Notes under the pieces: generated by a model
Databases searched by the model: none
The model's input: only the letters and a program-made list of their open reading frames with translations
What the model was told of the DNA's origin: nothing
Translations under genes and position numbers: made by a program
From: Octopus vulgaris
Taxonomy: Eukaryota
Assembly (NCBI GenBank): GCA_951406725.2
Contig: OX597821.1
Span: forward strand, 114,018,001 to 114,082,000
DNA: 64,000 nucleotides
Direction: 5' to 3'
Part shown: positions 11,753-25,554 of the stretch, piece by piece
Layout of the letters: every line of letters begins with the position of its first letter
Position numbering within the stretch: position 1 is the stretch's first letter

Positions 11753-13739
11753 CAGTGAGTAGATATTCTTAACTTTATGTACTAATGGGTTTACTAAAAC
11801 TGTTGCAACACGATTAACTCCCTCGTCATCCACAGCCAAAACATATACATTGGAAATATATCGCAGATGTCATGGGTGGATTGTTATTAGCAATTTCTGA
11901 TTTTCAGTAGTTGATTAGTCAGCAGTTCATATCGATTAAGTATTGAACAAGTAATTAATTGGTTGATGGTTCATATTGATGAAGTGCTGAACGAGTGACC
12001 AGTGGCTATTGAACTGGTAGCTGAATGATCGGAAATTTGCATCGATGGCATACAGAACAAACGGTTGACCGGTGACTCATATCAATGAGGTAGTTAAATG
12101 ATCGATAGTTCTCTCTATCGATAGGGTATTGAACAACTAACTGATTGATTGGGTTGTATCGATGAGGTACAGAACAAGTATCGATTGATAGGAGCATACA
12201 TATTAACGAAATACTGAACAAGTAGTTAATTGATTGATTGGAAGTTTATATCGATGAAATTAAAGGTAACTATTATATTGATAGACATACATATCGATAC
12301 AATATTGGACATATTGATTGGGTGGGTTGTATTGAAAAATACGAAGCAACAAATTGACTGATAGAAGCAAAGATCTAGTAGATTGAATAGGTTGTATCGA
12401 TAAGGCACAAAATATTTTGAGTCCTTGCTCTTCATTTGAGAATGAGTAGAAGAAAGGAAGTGGCACCAGCCGAAGGACAGGGCTCCAAGTCTTTACAGAT
12501 TTTATTCCTCACTCAACTTATTGAATTCTTCTAAGAATTTCCCTAAGGTTTACTATCTTCAATTATCTCAAATTCCAAATTCAAATTGCTTTCCATACAC
12601 TATCTAAAAAAATTTTACCTGAGATTTCTAGAAATATTCCAGTTTGGAAAAGAATGTTTTTACCAGACTATCTGTGTTTCTGATGCACTACATGGAGACA
12701 AAACCTTCAATGTAGGACTTGACATAGGAATGATAGCCAACTGAGTCAACAGCAGCCAGTTTGTGCAAAAGGATCGCCAATTCAAATCGTACGGAAACAA
12801 ACCAACACACAAACATGTGGTAAGTCAGACCATCAAACTTTAAGCTAGTGATTTGGACTGATGCATCTAAACTCTGGGGATCAATAAAACCACAGAATAA
12901 TTGAAGGGTGAGGACTTGAAATAACGAGTTTAAGTTTGTTTACGAGATCGGGAGACACCGAGTCTCGTCAAGTTGCTTTGCTCTAGATACACTAGAAAAA
13001 CAAACTAACGAGGTTAATTACTCAGCGACACCATCTGCACGATGAACAACAGCAAGTTAGTGTTAATATTTTTTATACAATGAGTATCAAAAACCTAATT
13101 ATGAATACTTACGTTGTTAGGAAAAAGACATTAGCTCAATGACTAATATTATTTTAATCTTTAGGTTGATTGTAGGATTCCCTTTCAACACTATCTTTAT
13201 AGGTGACTTTGCGTCAAAAAATCTCAATTGCTAATAATAGTCCACCCATGACATTTGCGATATATTTTCAATGTATATATTTTGGGTGTGGATGACAAGA
13301 GAGTTAATCGTATTGCAACAGTTTTAGTAAACCAATTATTTCATAAGGTTAAGGACATCTACTCACTGATATCTACAGAGTGCACTTGCATCTGCAACAA
13401 TTTTTCCCGGTTAATGTGGCATTAAGGAGATGAGAGAGACGTCAGTCAATCGCAGACAGCATTTTCCCACGAGTGGATTGGAGATCAGGACTGTAAATCA
13501 GCGAAACATTCGTCACTTCTAAAATGCTACCGCTAGTAATAGACACGTCTTGATTGTACCTGTTTATTTCCCGTGTTTAGCTTTGTAGACAGAAATATTT
13601 TAAATTAAGTATCTTGACAACAGACACAATATGGTGCCGGCAGCAAGATAACAACCACCGAACTCTCGGGCGATTAATTCGACTACATACGTTCATGTAA
13701 ATTCACGCTTTGAATTAGATCGATGCTGATGTCGCTTAT

Positions 13740-13950
13740 ATTTCTTATTTCTTTACTACCCACAAGGGGCTACAGACAGAGGGAACAAACAAGGACAGAA
13801 AAACGGATTAAGTCGATTATATCGACCCCAGTGCGTAACTGGTACTTATTTAATCGACCCCGAAAGGATGAATGGCAAAGTCGACCTCGGCGGAATTTGA
13901 ACTCAGAACGTAGCTGCAGACGAAATGCCGCTAAGCATTTCGCCCGGCAT
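13740..13950 (-). mobile_element. Deu/Nin-domain SINE
   Basis: Near-identical to 8381-8585. Confidence 0.9.
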
Positions 13951-13964
13951 TATTATTATTGTTG

Positions 13965-14021
<57 letters not shown>

Positions 14022-14023
<2 letters not shown>

Positions 14024-14181
14024 ACCAATTTCTATTTCAGTCTTTGGAAGGTCTTGACAGATACATCTATATCGATTGGGACAGTCATATCAATGAAGAG
14101 GCAGGATTTTTGTCTGAAGCCTTTCAATATGATGTCTGGCCTATCTTTCTGTCAGTTTGAATGGTGAAGTTCCAGAGGAGT
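14022..14181 (-). mobile_element. R4/Dong-type RLE domain fragment within (ATT)n
   Basis: Translates LLWNFTIQTDRKI/RPDIILKGFRQKSCLFIDMTVPIDIDVSVK; flanked by (TAT)n on both sides. Confidence 0.7.
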
Positions 14182-14789
14182 TTTTATTATTATTATTATT
14201 TTTATTATTATTATTGTTGTTGTTGTTGTTGTTGATGTTGTTATCATTATTATTATTATTATTGTAGTTGGTGTTGTTCTTTGTCCTCTGCGGGGAGATA
14301 AGCCCTTGAGAATAAAGAGCAGGCTCCTAGCTGACTGACTTTACAATCTGGTTTCGATTCCTGCATTAAGCCGTTTCTTTTCATTTATGCCATTAATACC
14401 TTCTGGGAAAATATTACACAGCCATGCCATCCTCCTAAAATTCCCATGGTCCTTGCTTATATAAGAAACCTTTTTTTATTATATCAGAAATTATTAATAC
14501 CACCTGCTATCTACGGCGTAAGTGATCACAGATCTCATAATAAACACACCCACACGCTTATACGTTTATATATATATATATATATGATAAAATAATGTCT
14601 GTGCACGACATAGGCACTCTTAAAGATGATGTATAATTAAGGTCGCAATAACCTTAAGCGTAGAAGATTCAGAAAGGTATTTTTCGGAAATGGTATAGTG
14701 GTTATCAAGTGACCATTCCTAAAAACGAGTTTTTGACTGCAACAAAATGACGCTAAGTACAATGCACACACACACATCGAGAGAGAGAC

Positions 14790-15041
<252 letters not shown>

Positions 15042-15094
15042 GTGTGTATTTGCGTGTGTGCATGTATATATTTTTTTATTCTTTTATTCTGTTA

Positions 15095-15471
15095 CTAGCA
15101 GTATAGTTCATTGTTGCTCGGGTTTGTTTTCTTTTCGACCCTTTAAAGTAAAATTTTTGCATTTTGTAGCTTGTTATTCTCTTTAAGTGAGCATTTTTCT
15201 GGTTGAAATGCACCGAAAAATGGCGACACAGCAGTCAAAAAATCGTAAAAAAAATAGGGATTTTCATAGAAAAAAACGCCATTTTGATGTAAATAATTTT
15301 TTATCTTAACATGGTCCGATTTGAATTTTTTCTACGGAAGGAAGAGCAAGCCTTCTGCTATCATACTCTCAATTTTGGTCAACTTGCGCTGCAAGGTCTC
15401 GGAGTAGATAGTGTTAGTTGAAGGCTACCAAACCTGCCTCACGCAGACAACTTCAGCTTTATATATAAAGA
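15095..15471 (-). mobile_element. Non-autonomous Helitron
   Basis: Minus strand begins A|TCTTTATATATAAAG and ends ...cccgagcaac...tgCTAG|T; no TSD; subterminal hairpin is degenerate. Confidence 0.7.
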
Positions 15472-15644
15472 TTTGTTTCAAACATTTCACTGAAGCCACG
15501 CTGAAGCAGCGCCTTTAGTCGAAGAAATCGACCCCAGGAGTACTTATTTTATCAGCCTCTTTTGCCTAACCGCTAAGTTACGGGGATGTAAGCACACTAA
15601 CATCAGTTGTCAAGCAATAGTGGGGCACAAACACAGACATACAA

Positions 15645-15688
<44 letters not shown>

Positions 15689-16020
15689 TCAAAATGTGAC
15701 CGCGTGTGTACCGTTGGCGATATTTCTTTCCTCTGTCTTCCCTTCTCTGGATCTTTCTTTCTCCTATGTTTCCGACGAAGAGCTCCGCTCGAAACGTTAA
15801 GCCCTCCTTCTTTCCTGAGCGTCCAATAATACTATATTTGTTCCACGTCCTCGCGTTGTTGTTTTTTTTTTTTGTGCTTTCTTGTTTGGATTAACTATAT
15901 ATATATACGGCGGGCTTCTTTCAGTTTCCGACTACCAAATCCACTTACAAGGCTTTGGTCGGCCCGAGGCTACAGCAGAAGACACTCTCACAAGGTGCCA
16001 CGCAGTGGGACTGAACCCAC
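15472..16020 (-). mobile_element. CORE-type SINE with a family-B hammerhead element in its internal (TA)n
   Basis: SINE halves at 15472-15670 and 15905-16020; insert at 15690-15897. Confidence 0.8.
15768..15802 (+). ncRNA. Hammerhead motif, family B (U4C)
   Basis: gttt-CCGACGA-a-gagc(tcc)gctc-GAAA-cgt-t-aagc. Confidence 0.65.
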
Positions 16021-16040
16021 TATTAATAATGATGATGATG

Positions 16041-16089
<49 letters not shown>

Positions 16090-16374
16090 TAATAATAATA
16101 ATAATAATAATAACAATAACCCTTGCTACAATAGGTATAAGGCCTGTAATTTGGGGGAGAGAGTCAATTAAATTGACTCCAGTTCACAAACGGTACTTAT
16201 TTTAATGACCCCGAATAGATGAAAGGCAAAGTCGACCTCGGCGGACATAATAATAATAATGTTAATGATGATGATGATGATGATTCTGCTACTACTACTA
16301 CTAATAATAAGAACAACAACAACAACAACGAGAACTATAATAACAATAATAATAATGATGATAATAATAATAGT

Positions 16375-16780
16375 TTGATCTTAACGAGTTGAGCATGTCC
16401 CTTAGTGGCTGACGATATGTGCATCTCTGATCATGAGCAGAAGTAGTGGGGGAGCATCATAGCCGTGTGTTGAAAGGAATTCTTGGAGGTTTGGATAATT
16501 CACCTTTGGAAACATGGGTGGTTCGTTCAACATCCTTCAACAACCCTTATTCAGGGACCTTTTGAGCGAGATGGGTTATTCGATCAGAAGAAAATTCTAA
16601 CTAGGCCCCACCTGCAAGGTCATGCGCTGTTTATCTTGATATGAGATCTCCATGCCGCGCACATATGGTTGTGATGCATGTGCCTAGTGTACACTTATCA
16701 GACGGGTAGTGATGATGGGTATACTGGGCTTATATTTGTATCCCAATGTCACTTTGATGGCATGCACTGCTCTCTCACTC
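16375..16780 (+). repeat. Non-simple ~400-bp insert between (AAT)n tracts, possibly the 3' end of an (AAT)n-targeting retroelement
   Basis: Higher-GC block that ends abruptly in ctctctcactc-(AAT)n; no recognisable ORF. Confidence 0.4.
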
Positions 16781-16826
16781 AATAATAATATAAATAATAA
16801 TAATAATGATGATGATGATGATGATA

Positions 16827-16936
<110 letters not shown>

Positions 16937-16940
16937 AATG

Positions 16941-16991
<51 letters not shown>

Positions 16992-17247
16992 GCGATGATG
17001 ATTGGATGATGATTTTGGTGGTTTTGATGATATAATTAAAATGTGTGCATAAGGTTAACCGCGTTATGCATACATGCGTACATAGATAATACATAGCCTA
17101 CATTCTCAGAAACATATGAGGAACACATCGTATTTATAGAAATGCAAACGTAAGGGGGAATCCATAAATATATTCTTACGTATGTATGCGTGTGTATGTA
17201 TATAGCATATTTTATATATATATGTATGTATGTCTATACACGCACAC

Positions 17248-17296
<49 letters not shown>

Positions 17297-17912
17297 CGCA
17301 CGCACACACACACACACATATGTGTATGTATATATCTATGTCTATACACACATACATACATATATATAGTTTATAAAGATGTATTCATATTTACATAACA
17401 TACGAAGTAAAATCTTAAAAATAAACTGGGAACGTACTTTTGGGCAAAGAATTTGATTCTAAATGTGTGTCGTGTAAATAATAGAATCTAATTCCTTTCA
17501 TGCCAGAATATGATCTCGCGGCCCAGAAAATCCCGAAGCTTCTCTTATCCCAATACAAATAGTTATTAGAAAAGTTTCGAAAGGAGAAGTCACTTTTAAA
17601 ATCCGTTTTATTTAAAATATCGTTTGATGTCAATTCTTGCTCAAACAGAGCTTTGAACGACATAGGTCTGGTGATGGTGGTGATGGTGGTAGTGGCGGCG
17701 GTTGTGGTTCTTGTTGTTGTTATTGTGTGGTGGTGGTGGTGGTGGTGGTGGTGGTAGTGGCGGCGGTTGTGGCGGCGGTATTGTTTTTGCTGGTAGTTGA
17801 TGTGGTGGTGGTTGTAGTGGCGGCAGTGGTGGTGGTAGATGGGGAAGTAGTGGTGATGGTGATTCTAATGTTGGTGGTGGTGGTAGTGTTGTCTACAGTT
17901 TTGGCCCTGTGG

Positions 17913-17959
<47 letters not shown>

Positions 17960-18398
17960 GGTGGTGGTGGTGGTGGTGGTGGTGGTGGTGGTGTTGACAA
18001 AGATATGACACAGGGGAATGAAACTGTTGCTTTCGAGATTTCGAAGACGGAATGATTCAGAATATCTTTTAAATTCTGGCCATGATAAAAAAAATTAAAA
18101 AAACGAAATTTTGGTTATAAATAAGTATGTGGCTATTCTAATGTCGCCCACAATACGTTTACCCGTTAATAACAACATTAACAACAAAAACAACAACAAC
18201 AACAACAACAACGACGACGACGACGAAGCAAACATTTACCAAACGATACTATTTACGTGCAATGGAAACGCTCATTAATTACTTTATTCTCTCTAATTAA
18301 TTTCCAATCTCAGACTATTTGTCTTTCCTTGTTTGCATTGGTTCAGTGTGTAGACATTTTATTATTCATTTTGATACAGCGACAGTACATTGTCATAG

Positions 18399-18735
18399 TG
18401 AAGACGCATGGATCAGTGGTTAGAGCGTCGAGCTTACGATCGTGATGTTGTGAGCTCGAATCCCGGACCGGGCTGCGTGTTGTGTTCTTGAGCAAGACAC
18501 TTTATTTCACGTTGCTCCTGTTAACTCAGCTGTAGAAATGAGTTGCGACGTCACGGGTGCCAAGCTGTATCGGCTGCTGCCTTTCCCTTGGATAACACTG
18601 GTGGCGTGGAGAGGGGGAGGCTGGTATGCATGGGCGACTGCTGGTCTTCCATAAACCACCTTGCCCAGACTTGTGACTAGGAGGGTAACTTTTTAGGTGC
18701 AATCCCATGGTCTGTGTCGTGACCGAAGGTGGTCC
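18399..18735 (+). mobile_element. tRNA-derived SINE (third family)
   Basis: A-box tggatcagtggttagagcg, B-box gagctcgaatccc, then gtgttcttgagcaagacacttta; a fragment recurs at ~51470-51540. Confidence 0.8.
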
Positions 18736-18769
18736 CGACCGACATTGTCACCTGTACTCAATATAATTC

Positions 18770-18990
18770 TTCCTGATTTTGGCACAAAGGCAGTAAATTT
18801 GAGGGGAAGAGGAAGTTAACTACATCGACTCCAGTAATTGACTTCCTCTTCCCCTTGAATATACTGCCCTTGTGCCAAAATCATATCGACTCCAGTAATT
18901 GACTCGTGCTTTATTCATCGACCCTGAAAATATGAAAGGCAAAGTTGAGCTCTGCGTCATTTAAATATATAATGTTCTGAATTGTATATG
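18770..18990 (-). mobile_element. Deu/Nin SINE with internal inverted duplication
   Basis: 18774-18818 is inverted at 18838-18883; atcgactccagtaattgact is repeated at ~18824 and ~18885. Confidence 0.75.
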
Positions 18991-20154
18991 GAAAAAACAT
19001 TTCCTTTAATCCAATGCAACTTCTTTCTTGTGTAGAGAAAGAAAACAAAAACCTAGCGAGGATTCTGAGTGGCTCTAAAAGTAAAGAGGAGATAACCGCA
19101 AGCAATTTGGAGTTAATTTCTCGAAGTTGTTAATTACATGCTTAGGTGGAAGTTTTAACTTCATTTGCGGGCTAGAAATGACAATTCAAATGTTTCAGTC
19201 TACAAAACTTCATCAGTTGATAGAGGCTTCTAAATGTAGAGGAAGACGTCTGTATAATTTTTCACCGACATAATTTGCATAACTAAAGAATAAAATGATT
19301 TAAGAGAAACATTTTAAATTGGACAAGGCTTATCTTTGAATTACTAAGAAGTGATACAGTGAATGTTATGCACAAATATTCATTTACGTATGCTTATTTT
19401 CTTAAAATTATCTTCCCTTTGCTTTGAAACCTGCCAACAATAGCTTCTATGTTTTCTTCTTTTTTTTCTTCTTTTTTTTAAGACCTGAAGTAGAATGCGG
19501 GACATCACTAGAATTAGTAATGATTAACAGATATGTCTAAGTAGAAGGTCGCTCGTAGCACAGTACATATAAGCCTCCGTAGTAACACAAAGCAACACAG
19601 AACGTTAGAAATCAATGTTGGTTCACGGATTGCAGCTGGTTTACAATGCATGGTTTGCTCATTTGACAGTTAGGTTATCTTAAATACCAGTAATTATATA
19701 TTTGAAATGTTGTATAATATCCGTTATATTTGTCTGGGGGCGGAAAATCTGGGTCATTTAAACAGATAAATGAAGATCATTCAACACCGTTGTAGATTCT
19801 GCTGTATTCCTTAGTAAAATAATTAATTCTAGTGGCCCCATTTACCTGACAGACACTTCTGGGAAAGTTATGAGACACCAGAATTACTTATGCGTGTAAC
19901 AGTATTTGCCTGTTCAGATTCAATGTAATCTCGTGGGATCTTTTATTGAATAACCAGTTCGTGTCGACTTTTATTTTAAATCTTATTATTCTTCTATACA
20001 AAATGGGTCCACCAAGCATAGAGATTAAATAATTGTTTTTCCGGACAAAAATATCAAATGAATTTAGTCTAGGTCAGTGTGGAGAATGTCTTGAAAAGGT
20101 AAAGAAATCCTAACGATTCAATCACACAACCGACGTAATACTTCTGGCATTGTT

Positions 20155-20620
20155 AAGGCGGTGAGTCGACTGAATCGTTGGCACACCAGGTAAAGTTCTT
20201 AGCGGAATTTCGTCCGTCTTTGTGATCTGAGTTCTAATTCCGCTAAGGTCGGCTTCGCCTTTTATCATTTCATTCATTCATTCGGTTCTCATTATCCCTT
20301 GTGGCACTTGAGGCGACAGCAAGCTCGTTCCACCTTCAAACACTGAAAGCGTTCATGACAGTTTGTTCAATTAGTAACCCTCTGCTTTTAAGATCTTTCG
20401 TTATTGTTCTCCGCCATTACAAAAGATCTTAAAAGCAGAAACTTAACGATAGAACAAGCTATCAAAGACGCTTTCAGTGTTAGAAGATAGGATGATCTTG
20501 CTATCGCCTCAAGTGCCAAATCTTTTCGGGGTCGAGAAAATAAACATAGCTATTCACTAAGATGGCTGCAATTGACTTAGTTCTCACCCCCAAATTGCTG
20601 GGCTTGTACTAAAATTTGAA
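20155..20620 (+). mobile_element. Deu/Nin SINE interrupted by a fold-back LINE 3' fragment
   Basis: The SINE breaks at gccttttatcattt|...|tcttttcggggtcga. Confidence 0.75.
20266..20518 (-). mobile_element. RTE-like LINE 3' end with inverted duplicate
   Basis: Minus translation WRRTITKDLKSRGLLIEQTVMNAFSV*RWNELAVASSATRDNEN, then a (TGAA)n tail; 20423-20518 is its inverted copy. Confidence 0.7.
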
Positions 20621-20759
20621 GCCTATATTTCAGGTGTCAGTATTACTGATATCTGTTACAAAGAACTTCATTTATAATAAAATATCTTTCAATATTGTGC
20701 TTAAGTTAGAAATAGTTACAAAGCTAGACACAGATTTAAGTCTGCGATGAATACACTAC

Positions 20760-20965
20760 CATACCATATAATACTTTCCTGGTAATTCTGGCCGTGCCAA
20801 GGAGGCAAACCTTTTGTAACAGTTCTACTGGGCATTCTATTCCAATTTCCTTTATATTGCCCTTTATGCCTTCTGACACTGTCCCCAATAACACAAAAAT
20901 AATTGGCACTTCATTTTTCATAATCGCACTATCTTGTACTTAAGATGGTCGTGCATGTCTATTCT
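20760..20965 (-). mobile_element. R4/Dong-type RLE C-terminal fragment
   Basis: VPIIFVLLGTVSEG...LLQKVCLLGTARITRKVL, homologous to 56320-56476. Confidence 0.7.
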
Positions 20966-21034
20966 TCTTCTTCTTCTTCTTCTTCTTCTTCTTCTTCTTC
21001 TTCTTCTAATCATTATTATCTATCATTTATTATA

Positions 21035-21094
<60 letters not shown>

Positions 21095-21559
21095 AAGTCC
21101 CATCTTTAGAAAAATATATGCCATAGTGATAATTGCAACTTACAGTGTACTGTTTGATTTGATGTTTGAAACACATTTTTTATTCAGAAACTATCAATAA
21201 AAATGTCAGTTAAGTATATTGTTAAGACTTACGCAGATTCTTGAAACATTCTTCAGTTCAATTACATCATTTTTACTCCACTCTGATCAAGAAATTGAAA
21301 GTCACATCTGATGCAAAGCTATTTCTACATCAGCCATCATCCAAGTAGCCCCTCTGCGTCCCAAGACTCTCCAGTTCCCTCTGTGTTGTGCCTCATGCAT
21401 ACAACCAGCCAAGATTTTGTTTCCAATCCATTCTTTGGATGTCATCAGTCCGCAAACGTCTCTGACAACCTCTCGCTCTCTTCCCATTGCATAAGACCAT
21501 CTGTCCGGACGGTCTTATGCAGTGGATCGTGGTGCACTGCATATTCAAAATATGAGGTC

Positions 21560-22419
21560 CGAGGGACATTCCAGACATTTTGAAACTTGTTTTTATGAGA
21601 GGCAGTTATAACTGCCCTAGATTATTGGATTATTGGATTATTGGATTATTGTAACGTTGGCATATCATTACTATGCATTTAATAAGCTGACCTGCCAACT
21701 TTTGTTCTTCCTGATTGAAGGAAGACGGCCGTAATAGCACTTTGAACACGCTCTATATAACGTTGCTTGTAACAGCTGACTCGTTTGCAGAAAGCAGTCG
21801 GGACATTTTGTGTTAAACTGGACAAAAACACTACAGAAACTTATGAAATGCTCCAGACTGGTCATGGATTAATTTGTATGTGCTGAGCATCTGTTTTTCC
21901 CTGGCACAAGAGGCCAGGGAAAACAAGTCCACCGGGAAGTTTATGATGATTCTCCTTTTCGACTGCGAGGGCATCATCTACATCCACTCGGTTTCCAGTG
22001 ACCAGACGGTCAACAAGGAGTACTTTGTGGAGATTTTGAAGGAGTTTAGAAAAAGATTTCCTTGCAAAAGGTCAGAGCACCCGCACTAGGGCAGGGCACC
22101 TATATACAATTAAATCATGGAAACCAATCCCTTGATTTACATGCGTGTCACAATTGTCCTTCACCAAAACTGCAATGCAGATCTTGCTCCCTGTGACTTT
22201 TGGTTGTTCCCCAAGCTGAAGGGGACGAAGTGGGTTGTGATAAGTGACCTGGACACATTCATTTTGGAGACCTTCTACAGAGCCTTTACGAAGTAGCTGG
22301 GGCGCTACAATAGGTACATTGAAGTTAGAAGATTATACTGTGAAGGCAGAGTTTTGTACTTCTATGGAATTAATAAATGTTTCTCCTGAAAAGTCTCAAA
22401 ACTTCTGGAATGCACCTTG
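21560..22419 (+). mobile_element. Internally deleted mariner transposon relic
   Basis: Imperfect TIRs cgagggacattccagacattttgaaactt / aagtctcaaaacttctggaatgcaccttg; KFMMILLFDCEGII..QTVNKEYF and DLAPCDFWLFPKLK motifs. Confidence 0.8.
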
Positions 22420-22550
22420 AACACACACGGAAATTTATTTCTACGTATATATATGCACAAATTCGTATGTATTTTATTATTTAAAAAAATTTAGTTGTCT
22501 TTCTTATTTTTAGTTGTGAATTTAAAACTAATTTTCATAATCTATTCAAG

Positions 22551-22622
<72 letters not shown>

Positions 22623-23095
22623 TTGCTATCATTAGAATGATGATCTTAATGGTTTTTACAAGCAAATCTAATTATAATTAGTCTACTTTAATGAAAACAG
22701 GGGAAATTTAATTAGTAATTATGTCAAGTCGTACACTGAGGAGATTTCAACATCAAATAAAAACATCTTTCAACTAGTTTCCGTTGAATTTTGCCAAATT
22801 AATAGCATTTAGATTTCGGAGTTTTTTGCCAACCACCACCACCACCACCACCACCACCACCACCACCACCACCCACCACCACCACCACCACTACCACTAC
22901 TACTGCTGCTGCTGCTATTTCTACTGCTACTACTACTACTAGAACCACAGTTGCTGCTACTGCTACTGTTGCTGTTGCTACTGCTACCACGACTACCTCT
23001 ATCACTATTCCATGTACTAATACTTTTACTACTGTTGCTGCTACTTCTACTGTTGTTGTTGCTGCTGCTGCTGTTGCTGTTGTTGCTGTTGCTGT

Positions 23096-23463
23096 TGAGC
23101 GAACGGTCTTCGTCCCAGAGCTCGCAAGATGGGGGAAGTCCGAAACGTGGTCCTTTGCTATTCGTAAGACATGCAGAAGAGAAAGCAGGTCAACCCCCGA
23201 CACCGAGAGCATCGACGGATGGATGAATGCGCATCCAGGCTCAGCGGTTGCGTAGGAAGTCGGGGACAAGAAACAGGAAGAAAGAGTGAGAGAAAGTTGG
23301 AGCGAAAGAGTACAACAAGGGTCGTCACCACTCCCTGCCGGAGCCTCGTGGGGCTTTAGGCGTTTTCGCTGAATAAACACACACAACGCTCGGTCTGGGA
23401 ATCGAAACCGCGATCCTCCGACCGCGAGTCCGCTGCCCTAGCCACTGGGCTATTGTGCCTCCA
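23096..23463 (-). mobile_element. tRNA-derived SINE (fourth family) in a (GCT/GTT)n tract
   Basis: Minus head tggaggcacaatagcccagtggctagggcagcggactcgcggtcggaggatcgcggtttcgattccc has A/B boxes. Confidence 0.8.
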
Positions 23464-24759
23464 CTGCTGCTGCTGCTAGTGTTTATGAACGCTGAGCTTA
23501 TGATTTGGCTACGAAATCTTAAACTCTCCAGTCAGCAATCCTCACTTAAGAAGCATGTTTTTTTTGTTTTTTTTAGGCATTATGAATTTTAAGAGTCAGC
23601 ACAGACGAGAAATAGAATTATATTTCAAATCTAATGAGAATTCGTTAAATTTACTCAGATTTCCTTAGTTGTCTTTCACTTTAAGAGTAACAGGTTTTAC
23701 GTAAACCATCTCGAAGAATAAACTGACTTTGCCGAACTATGCATCGAGCCGGTTTCAGATAAGATTTCATATGAAATCTGAGAGCATCGATAACAAACAA
23801 GTACGAAGAAACGCAGCCATATTTCGCAGTATTCAAGATTAGCAAAAGAAAGAAAAAAAATGCAATGCGGAAACACCGAAACAATTGCTATACAAGAAGA
23901 GCGAAAGTAAAGAATTAGCTCAACATGTAGCAGTAGGAATCGTGGTGATTGACAGCGATAATCGTAAGGGTTCCTTAAACAGCCTTCTTGATTATCGTGA
24001 TATTATGATGAAGTTGTTGTACACGGTGTGGCAAAATCCCTCCGAGAATCACCCTTTATGTCTTTATGATAATTGTTTCATTAGTAAACTGACAATATGC
24101 ATAAAATTTGACAAAATTCTTATCTGAATAAAAAAAACAGTGAAATACTAGCTACATGAATACATGATTATTACTTGTGTAACTTTACTAGTGATATAAT
24201 AATTGACGAGTAAAACATGGGAGGTTTTTCTGCTGCATGCTGTAGCCACAGTGAAACGTGAGAGGGTTTTCTGACTGACAAGCAACGTGTAATGAAATAT
24301 ACACGCAAAAATATAAACGTTGCTCCAAGACAAAAATCAACAAGCGATATGGTATACAATAGAATAAATGTCATACTGCCCTAGAATAACTTGAATTACC
24401 TCTAATATGATACAATTTCTGGCTCACCACCATTTAATTAGAAATGTAATATAAAACAACACAACACACTGTAGGTCTGAAGAATCACGTTGGGAAAATA
24501 ACTAAGACTTCAAATTTGTCGGTATTTTTTTTTTCAATATGATAGTGTGCGGCCATGTTAACATTTTAAAAATACATTGCCTGGTTTTAAACTCGGTATC
24601 GGCTGTCTATTTTAAGGCTTATATATCGCAATAGGTGGGGTCGAGTGTTTATTATTATTTTTTTCTTATAGACAACAAAACGGTATAAATTTCATGTTGT
24701 CTTATATCTATCTCAGAAACAACTGGATTATAGCTAGGTTATTTAATTTTTTTCCTTTT

Positions 24760-25505
24760 TTTTTCTACTCTAGGCACAGGGCCCAGCATTTTTGGGGAGG
24801 GAGCCAGTCGATTAGATAGATCCCAGTGCATAATTGGTACTTAATATCCACCCCGAAAGGATGAAAGGCAAAGTCGACCTCGACGGAATTTGAACTCAGA
24901 ACGTAAAGACAGACGAAATACTGCTAAACATTTCGCCCGGCGTGCTAACGATTCGGCGAGCTCGCCATCTTAGCTAGGTTAGTTTATGACATACATACAT
25001 GCACGCACACACGCATACATACATACATGCATGCATGCATGCATGCATACATACATACATACATACATACATACATACATACATACATACATACATACAT
25101 GCATGCATGCATGCATGCATGCATACATTCTGCCTATCGTCCTCGAAAGGATGAAAAGCAAAATCTACCCTCGGCGGTATTTGAACTCATAACCAAAATA
25201 TAGACGACATACCTATTTCTTTACAACCCACAAGGGGCTAAACACAGAGAGGACAAACGAGGACAGACAAAGGGATTAAGTCGACCCCAGTGCGTAACTG
25301 GTACTTATTTAATCGACCCCGAAAGGATGAAAGGCAAAGTCGACCTCGGTAGAATTTGAACTCATAACGTAACGGCAGATGAAATACTGTTAAGCATTTC
25401 GCTCGGCGTGCTAACGTTTCTGCCAGCTCGCCACCTTCTAAAGATAGACGACATACCGTTAAATATCTTGTCCGGAGTGCCAACGGTTCTGCTAGTTCGC
25501 CGCCT
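24760..25505 (-). mobile_element. Cluster of Deu/Nin SINEs around a (CATA)n tract
   Basis: Copies at 24760-24970 and 25135-25437, extra head at 25445-25505. Confidence 0.85.
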
Positions 25506-25554
25506 TATGTCGACCTGTAATCAAGACAATTTAACGTTAAACGTATATTCTTTA

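Larger units (their letters stand above)
11398..13395. mobile_element. Long-TIR (foldback-type) element with internal degenerate ~40-bp tandem array
   Basis: 11753-11895 is the reverse complement of 13226-13368 (diverged). The arm continues left of the 11473-11752 insertion. atcgat.aagtattgaacaagta-like units span 11900-12420. Confidence 0.7.

Noticed and set aside
11900-12420. ~40-bp periodic array as CRISPR
   Set aside because: Eukaryotic context, degenerate tandem units with no unique spacers, no cas genes.
13464-13471. CSL/Su(H)-type site ttcccacg (related sites near 60351-60390)
   Set aside because: Isolated 8-mers expected by chance; not in the canonical paired-site arrangement.
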